This document shows, in pieces, positions 22,601-27,672 of a DNA stretch of 27,672 nucleotides. Location of the stretch: assembly GCA_903958265.1 (NCBI GenBank), contig CAJBSQ010000281.1, forward strand, positions 1 through 27,672, written 5' to 3'. This stretch comes from an uncultured Planctomycetaceae bacterium. GTDB taxonomy: Bacteria > Planctomycetota > Planctomycetia > Pirellulales > UBA1268. The first letter of the stretch is position 1. Every line of letters starts with the position of its first letter. Made by a program: the position numbers and the translations under genes. The notes under the pieces are model-generated. The model was not told where the DNA came from and did no database searches. It was given only the letters and a program-made list of their open reading frames with translations.

Positions 22601-23820
22601 GCCTCGCCGAGCAGGGCCGGCTTCAGGCTCGTACCGTCGAGCCCGGATGGAATCTGTGGAGCGAGGCCCGCAAGATCGAGGAGCGTCGGCAGCCAGTCCT
22701 CGAACCCGGTCGGGGAGGCGATCGTGCGCCCAGCCGGGATCTTTCCCGGCCAGACGGCGACCGTCGGCACGCGAAGCCCACCCTCGAAGGGTGAGCCCTT
22801 CCAATCCCGCAGGGCACCGTTGCTCTTCAGCCGTGCCGTGTCGAGGCCGCCGGTGCCGGGCCGGGTGCCGCCGTTGTCGCTCGAGAACACGAAGATCGTG
22901 TCGTCGGCGAGCCCAAGCTCGTCGAGCAGCTTCACGAGCCGGCCCACCTCGCGGTCCATCCGCGTGATCATCGCCGCGTAGGTCGCCAGGGGATGCCGGC
23001 AGGGCACGTAGCCCCGGCCGCCGAGGTAGGGCTCCTCGTCGCCGAACTGCTTCCGGTACTCGGCCAGCGATGGCTCGTCGGTCGGCACCTGGAGCGCGAG
23101 GTGCGGCACCGTGGTCGGCACGTAGAGGAAAAAAGGCCGGCCCGCGTTCGCCCGCACGAATGCCAGCTGCTGCTCGGCGATCAGGTCTGCGGAGTAGGTT
23201 TTCCCCGAGAACGGTGCGAAGTCGCTGGCGGCCGGGGGCGGCTGGTCTGGGATCCTCCCGCCGCGTTGAACCTCGGGGTTGTCGACGGCGATCCGCTCGC
23301 GGTCGCTCCAGAGGTGCCGTGGATAGTAGGTATGCGCCTCGCGCTGACAGTTGTAGCCGAAGAACCGCTCGAACCCGCAGGCAAGCGGGTCCGAGGCACT
23401 GCCCGGTGGCCCAAGCCCCCACTTGCCGAAGCCGCCGGTCGCATAGCCCGCGTCACGGAGGATCGTGGCGAGCGTCACGGTGCCGGCCGGCAGCGGCGTT
23501 TGCCCCTCGGGCTTGGCCTCGCGGTTCGAGCGGACGGCCGCGTGCCCCGGGTGCCTGCCCGTCAAGAGCACGCAGCGGCTCGGAGCACAGACGGCGCTCC
23601 CCGCCCAGTGCCGCGAGAGCCGAGTGCCCCGGGCGAAGAGGGTGTCGATATTCGGTGTCTGGATGTCCTTCGAGCCGAGGCAGGAGAGATCGCCCGTGCC
23701 AAGGTCGTCGCACAGGAAGAACACGATGTTGGGCCGGCGAGTCTCCGCGGCCGCGACCGGTGCCGCCGCGGTCATGGCCACGGCCACCGCCAGCCCCGCA
23801 ATCAGGAACCACGCTCGCAT
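19615..23820 (-). CDS. Secreted triple-domain formylglycine-dependent sulfatase polyprotein (~1401 aa)
   Basis: ATG 23820 follows GGAGG and starts a signal peptide. Three complete sulfatase units, each with a DD motif, a Cys motif, GKW and D(N/Q)G: CAPSR 23575-23589, CVPSR 22075-22089, CSVSR 20803-20817. Confidence 0.88.
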   Translation of the reverse strand: MRAWFLIAGLAVAVAMTAAAPVAAAETRRPNIVFFLCDDLGTGDLSCLGSKDIQTPNIDTLFARGTRLSRHWAGSAVCAPSRCVLLTGRHPGHAAVRSNREAKPEGQTPLPAGTVTLATILRDAGYATGGFGKWGLGPPGSASDPLACGFERFFGYNCQREAHTYYPRHLWSDRERIAVDNPEVQRGGRIPDQPPPAASDFAPFSGKTYSADLIAEQQLAFVRANAGRPFFLYVPTTVPHLALQVPTDEPSLAEYRKQFGDEEPYLGGRGYVPCRHPLATYAAMITRMDREVGRLVKLLDELGLADDTIFVFSSDNGGTRPGTGGLDTARLKSNGALRDWKGSPFEGGLRVPTVAVWPGKIPAGRTIASPTGFEDWLPTLLDLAGLAPQIPSGLDGTSLKPALLGEAAAPEERMLYRELTEAAWQAAVDGRWKAIRRAAGPKRPGDPGPVELYDLVADPAETTNVAARHPQVVKRMTEILDREHVPDPAWPLPFADAAAVSEGPSTPDAVRRGAVSETAAAASRRPSVLVLLADDMRADAIHALGNPHIRTPAIDALVARGTVLDRVSCMGAMQGAVCVPSRAMLLSGRSLFHVHEQLKGCDTWPETFERAGYRTFATGKWHNGQKSLLRCFAEGSQVFLGGMHGHTGLPTVSFRGHAAAVADAATDRHSSEVVGAAAEAFIESLGDEPFFAWCAFTAPHDPRQPLQEFRRRYDGREPPAPENFLPEHPFDNGALSVRDERLLPRPLSQDVISKELADYYALVEGMDDRIRRVLLALEKKGRLTDTVVLFAADQGLALGSHGLLGKQNLYEHSMRAPVVLAGPGVPAGRRSDALAYLFDVTATLGELAGVAAPAASEGQSLGPVLRGERSTGRESLLLAYKEVQRAVVTPEWKLIHYPRAERTQVFRLASDPGERHDLAADPAVAATRRTLEATLASAERRFDDPQGRGPAPRPPNIVVVFIDDLGYGDIGPFGATKQRTPNLDRMAREGMKLTSFYAAPACSVSRAQLLTGCYGPRVSVPWVFFPAGKQGLNPAEITAAERLRSLGYATACFGKWHLGDQPAFLPCRQGFDHYVGIPYSNDMQKRSAVTGEEVVPLLCDDRVVELLTDEAQRGIVERCTDEAVAFIRGSKEKPFFLYVPHTAVHVPIFPSERFRGKSDNGRFGDWVEEVDWSVGKILDTLCDEGLDDDTLVIFTSDNGPWVVKGADGGSSGPLRGGKGSTWEGGVRVPTVAWWPGRIAAGTECGTMAGTIDLVPTFVSLAGGDMPREPVIDGRDISGLLLGTSREPARAVHYYFKGTTLEAVRAGRWKLAIASQGAGMGKGAVVAEASMESPRLYDLEADLGETTDVAAEHPAVVDRLRGYVSPMQAELCGPQAPGRRPAGDVASPEFLYPVADVPAAGR

Positions 23821-23865
23821 CGTCACCTCCCTCGACACCATCGATTCTCGCCACGAACCCAAGCG

Positions 23866-26800
23866 TCATTGACGGCTAGACAGGGCAGCGCGGAGATAGT
23901 CGGCCACAGTGGTGTGCGTCATCCCCGTGCCCCCGGGATACGCGAGTTCACAGTCCACCCCGACCTCGCCGAGCCGCTCCTGGAGTTTCACGCCGAAGTT
24001 CGCCGAGTGGGTCGGATCCCTGGCGGGCTTGCCCAGGTCCGGCGGCGCCGCATAGACGAGATAGACGGGCGGATCGTCAGCCGACACGAGGGCATACGGG
24101 GAAACCTTCTCGATCTCGGGCAGCAACCGGTCGCGGGCCGCCAGGAACGAGGCGAAGGGGTCGGTCACCCCGTTGCGGCCCTTGATGAACCCAAAGGCAT
24201 GGCCACCATAGGTGCTGTTGGGGGTCCAGTTCTTCATCTGGAGCGGGTCGAGCGAGGTCTGGGCGCCCATCACGGCGACCGTTGCCAGCCGCGTCGACTG
24301 CCGGGCCACGGGATCCTCGCTCTGCGGATCGGCCATGTCGTCATGGAAGGCGAGCCAGAGACTCGAACAGGCCCCGGCCGAACTGCCACAGGCGGCGATC
24401 CGTTGCGGATCGACGTGCCACTCGGCCGCCCGAGCGCGGATCGTCTGCAGCGCCCGCGCGGCGTCGGCGAGCGGGGCCTGCACGGGCGGATCGATCCCCT
24501 CGGCAAGAGCCTCCTTGATAAACCGGTACTCCATCGAGGCCACCGAGACGCCGGCGTCGAGCATGGCGGGCAGCACCTCGCCGAGCTTTTTCATCCGGTC
24601 GCCCGACTGCCAGCCGCCGCCATGGATAAAGAGCACGAGTGGTGCCGGCTGCTCGGCCGTCGCGGCGGCGGCCATCCAGACGTGCATCACCTGCTTGGGA
24701 TGCGGCCCGTAGGCGACGTCGGCGAGCGTCGGCGGTGGCAGGCTCACCGCTGGCTTTTTTCCTCTCCCCTGCCGGGCAGCGGGCTGCGTCGCCGCGGACT
24801 CACCCGCCTGGCGGCGGAAGGCGACCTTGAACGGATTCTCCGCCGGGCCGTCCTGATTTTCGTTGACAAGATCCCCCTGCACGTCGGCCCACCAGCGGTC
24901 GTATGCGGCGGCGAGGCGGCGGACGACGTCGGGATGCTCGGCGGCCACGTCGTGCGACTCGGCGGGATCGGCCGCGATGTCATGGAGTTCCCAGCCCTCG
25001 GGCCGATTCGTCACGTTGACGAGGCTCCACCGCCCCTCGCGGACGCGGCAGTTGCGAAACTGACTCGCGGCCACCTCGCCCCGCTCCCAGCGACCCTGGT
25101 GCGTGACGAGCGGCCGGTCGGGCCACACGGCGCTGGCATCGCGGAGGAGCGGCACGAGGCTCCGGCCTTCCACGTTCGCGGCGACGTCCGGCGGGATGGT
25201 CACGCCGGCGAGTTCGCAGAGCGTCGGCAGCACGTCGATGTGCGCGGTCACGGCCGGCACGTCGACGCCCTCGGGCAGCGTGCCCTGCCACCGCCAGAAC
25301 GACGGCACCCGCGTGCCCCCGCGCCAGACGGTGTTCTTGGCCCCACGCATGCCGGCGTTGAACACGCTGGACCCGGTGGCCGTGCCGTTGTCGGTCGTGA
25401 ACACGACCAGTGTCTCCCCGGCGATACCGAGCCGATCAACCGCCTCGAGCAGCCTGCCGACATTCGCGTCGATGTTCTCGATCATGCCGTAGAACCTGGC
25501 GATCCGGTCCCGCTGCCTGTGGTCGCCCACCCCTGCCGCTGCGAGTGGCGCGGCGTACGGCTCCGCCGAGCCCTCCGGGCAGTCGAGCGGCTCGTGCGGT
25601 GCGTTGGGCGTGATCAGGCAGAAGAACGGCTGCTGGTTTTCCGAGCGGCGGCGGATCCACGCGACTGCCTCGTCGAAGAACACGTCGGTGCAGTAGCCCG
25701 TCGTCTTGACGAACGTGCCGTCGCTGCGGATCACCGGATCGAAATACCGGTTGCCCTCGACGTCGCCGCAACTGCCGGGAAACGTCTGGCCAATGCCCCC
25801 TCCGCCGTGGATGAACGTGCGGTCGAAGCCGCGGCGCCCCGGCTGGTAGGCATCTTCGTCACCAAGGTGCCACTTGCCGAAAATGCCGGTCGCGTAGCCT
25901 GCCCGCCGGAGGAGATCGGGCAGCGTCGTGGCCGTGAGGGCCAGCCGTTCCCGCTCGAAGATCGTGTGCGTGACCCCCGAGCGGAACTCATGCCTGCCGG
26001 TGAGCAGCGCCGCCCGCGTGGGCGCGCAGGTGGGGCTGGCATGAAACTCGGTCAGCCGCACGCTCTCCCGCCGGAGCCGGTCGAGGTTGGGCGTCTTGAT
26101 CACTGGGTTCAAGTGCGCGGCAATATCTCCATAGCCCTGGTCGTCGGTCATCACGTAGACGATGTTCGGCGGCGGCTGGCGGCTCCGCGTGGCGGTGGGC
26201 TTGTCCGGCGCCGGCCCGGTGGCGGCCAGCCTCCGGCAGTCAGCGGCGATCCGGTTCCAGACTGCCTCGAGGTCCGCCACTTCAGCAGGCTTTGCCGCCG
26301 CCAGGTCCTTGGTCTCACAGCGGTCGGCGGCGAGGTCGTAGAGTTCCCACGGCCCCTGCTTCGTCGCCACGAGTTTCAGATCGCCAACGCGAACGGCGCG
26401 GTGCCCCTCGTGGCACCACCAGAGCGCGTCGTGCGCCGGCGGCGCGGCCGCATCGGTCAGCGAGCGAACAAAGCTTCTGCCCTGCCTCGGCGGCACGGCA
26501 CGGCCTTCCACCTCCTCCGGAGGAGCCACGCCGGCCATGTCGAGCACCGTGGGCACGACATCGATCACGTGCACCGGCTGGTGGCGAAGGTCGCCTCGAG
26601 CGGAGAAGCCTCGCGGCCAGTGGACGATCCAGGGCGTGGCGATGCCACCCTCGTGGACCCAGGTCTTGTGGCGACGAAAGGGTGCGTTGGCACAGCTCGA
26701 CCAGCCCGGGCCGAGGCAAAGAAAGGTCTTCCGCGAACCGGGCGGCGCCAGAGGATCGTGCCCCTCGCCGCGGATCATGATCTCGGCGGAGGCGCCGTTG

Positions 26801-27672
26801 TCGCTGAGAAAGAGGACCAGCGTGTCGTCGAGGGCCTGCATCGCCTCGAGCTGGGCGACGATCCGGCCGACCTCGCGGTCCATCAGCTCCACCATGGCCG
26901 CGTGGATCGCCATTTTCGCGGCCTGAAACTCCCGCTGATCGGGCGTGAGCGTCTCCCACGGCACCGGCCGATCGACCTCTCCCGCCCCCAGCCTTTTCAG
27001 GGCGTCCGGGAAGGCGTAGGGCGGACCCACACGCCGCTCGATCGCGGCCGGCTCGGTGGTCACGATGCCGAGTTCCTTCAGCCGCGTCCCTCGCACCCGC
27101 CGGATATCGTCCCAGCCGGCCCGGTAGCGGTCGCGATACTTCGCGATCACCTCCGGCGGCGCCTGGAGTGGAAAGTGCGGTGCCGTGAACGCGACGTAGT
27201 GGAAAAATGGGGCTGCTACATGGTCGCGGGCATGCTCGGCGAGGCAGGCGACCGCGTGGTCGCCGATCGCTGTCGTGGCGTAAAAGCCGTCCGCGGTCGC
27301 CGGGGCCGGCATGCCCTCCGCGCCGGCGGCGTCGAAGTAGTTGCTCTGGCCCGCAGCGGTGATCTCGAGCGACCGGTGAAACCCCTGGCCCCGCGGGTCG
27401 CCGTCGAGGTGCCACTTGCCCGAGTGGTACGACCGATAGCCGGCGGGCCCGAGCAGGGCAGGGAGGAGCCGGGCCCAGGGAGGCCGCGCGGACTTCGCGC
27501 CCCCCTCCGTGCCAGGCAGCGCGTCCCGACGGATCGCCTGCGGGTAGTAGCCCGTCAACAGCGCCCCGCGCGTCGGCCAGCAGCGGGCGGTGTTGGAGGC
27601 CTGCGTGTACCGCAGGCCACCCGCCGCGAGCCGATCGAGGGCGGGCGTGTCGATCTCGCCGCCCTGACAGCC
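23866..27672 (-). CDS. Sulfatase + sulfatase + alpha/beta-hydrolase (esterase) fusion protein, 5'-truncated (>1268 aa)
   Basis: The frame stays open to the window edge (GCQGGEIDTPALDRLAAGGLRYTQASNTARCWPTRGALLTG). CWPTR 27568-27582; second unit PPNIVYVMTDDQG with CAPTR 26014-26028; C-terminal HGGGW and GSSAG (24373-24387). Confidence 0.88.
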   Translation of the reverse strand, partial: GCQGGEIDTPALDRLAAGGLRYTQASNTARCWPTRGALLTGYYPQAIRRDALPGTEGGAKSARPPWARLLPALLGPAGYRSYHSGKWHLDGDPRGQGFHRSLEITAAGQSNYFDAAGAEGMPAPATADGFYATTAIGDHAVACLAEHARDHVAAPFFHYVAFTAPHFPLQAPPEVIAKYRDRYRAGWDDIRRVRGTRLKELGIVTTEPAAIERRVGPPYAFPDALKRLGAGEVDRPVPWETLTPDQREFQAAKMAIHAAMVELMDREVGRIVAQLEAMQALDDTLVLFLSDNGASAEIMIRGEGHDPLAPPGSRKTFLCLGPGWSSCANAPFRRHKTWVHEGGIATPWIVHWPRGFSARGDLRHQPVHVIDVVPTVLDMAGVAPPEEVEGRAVPPRQGRSFVRSLTDAAAPPAHDALWWCHEGHRAVRVGDLKLVATKQGPWELYDLAADRCETKDLAAAKPAEVADLEAVWNRIAADCRRLAATGPAPDKPTATRSRQPPPNIVYVMTDDQGYGDIAAHLNPVIKTPNLDRLRRESVRLTEFHASPTCAPTRAALLTGRHEFRSGVTHTIFERERLALTATTLPDLLRRAGYATGIFGKWHLGDEDAYQPGRRGFDRTFIHGGGGIGQTFPGSCGDVEGNRYFDPVIRSDGTFVKTTGYCTDVFFDEAVAWIRRRSENQQPFFCLITPNAPHEPLDCPEGSAEPYAAPLAAAGVGDHRQRDRIARFYGMIENIDANVGRLLEAVDRLGIAGETLVVFTTDNGTATGSSVFNAGMRGAKNTVWRGGTRVPSFWRWQGTLPEGVDVPAVTAHIDVLPTLCELAGVTIPPDVAANVEGRSLVPLLRDASAVWPDRPLVTHQGRWERGEVAASQFRNCRVREGRWSLVNVTNRPEGWELHDIAADPAESHDVAAEHPDVVRRLAAAYDRWWADVQGDLVNENQDGPAENPFKVAFRRQAGESAATQPAARQGRGKKPAVSLPPPTLADVAYGPHPKQVMHVWMAAAATAEQPAPLVLFIHGGGWQSGDRMKKLGEVLPAMLDAGVSVASMEYRFIKEALAEGIDPPVQAPLADAARALQTIRARAAEWHVDPQRIAACGSSAGACSSLWLAFHDDMADPQSEDPVARQSTRLATVAVMGAQTSLDPLQMKNWTPNSTYGGHAFGFIKGRNGVTDPFASFLAARDRLLPEIEKVSPYALVSADDPPVYLVYAAPPDLGKPARDPTHSANFGVKLQERLGEVGVDCELAYPGGTGMTHTTVADYLRAALSSRQ

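Noticed and set aside
1-27672. rRNA, tRNA, CRISPR, IS/transposase, integrase or prophage
   Set aside because: No repeat-spacer array, cloverleaf, terminal inverted repeats or related ORFs seen, and no obvious compositional break by eye.

Overview
A very GC-rich, densely coding bacterial fragment. The gene content (PVC-type heme-binding CxxCH protein, many sulfatases) points to a planctomycete or another PVC member; this taxonomy is inferred. I count 18 CDS, two of them cut by the window edges, and found no RNA genes, CRISPR arrays or mobile elements. Left part: PatB/MalY C-S lyase, KGSA-dehydrogenase-like ALDH, Xaa-Pro aminopeptidase, FKBP PPIase, a Gfo/Idh/MocA oxidoreductase and a ~1470-aa ThuA/propeller/HEAT/cytochrome c protein. 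Everything from 10564 to the right edge is on the minus strand. Two regions stand out. (1) A tight operon at 11174-16621 (uxaE, IolO-like epimerase, FucU/RbsD mutarotase, L-galactose-dehydrogenase-like AKR, lactonase, YjjN/LgoD-like Zn dehydrogenase) reads as an oxidative pathway for L-hexoses (L-galactose, possibly L-glucose) ending at D-fructuronate. (2) Two tandem giant polyproteins carry at least five formylglycine-type sulfatase domains and one alpha/beta-hydrolase domain. A yjcH-actP-GNAT unit lies between them. All family assignments come from motifs I recognise; no database search was run.
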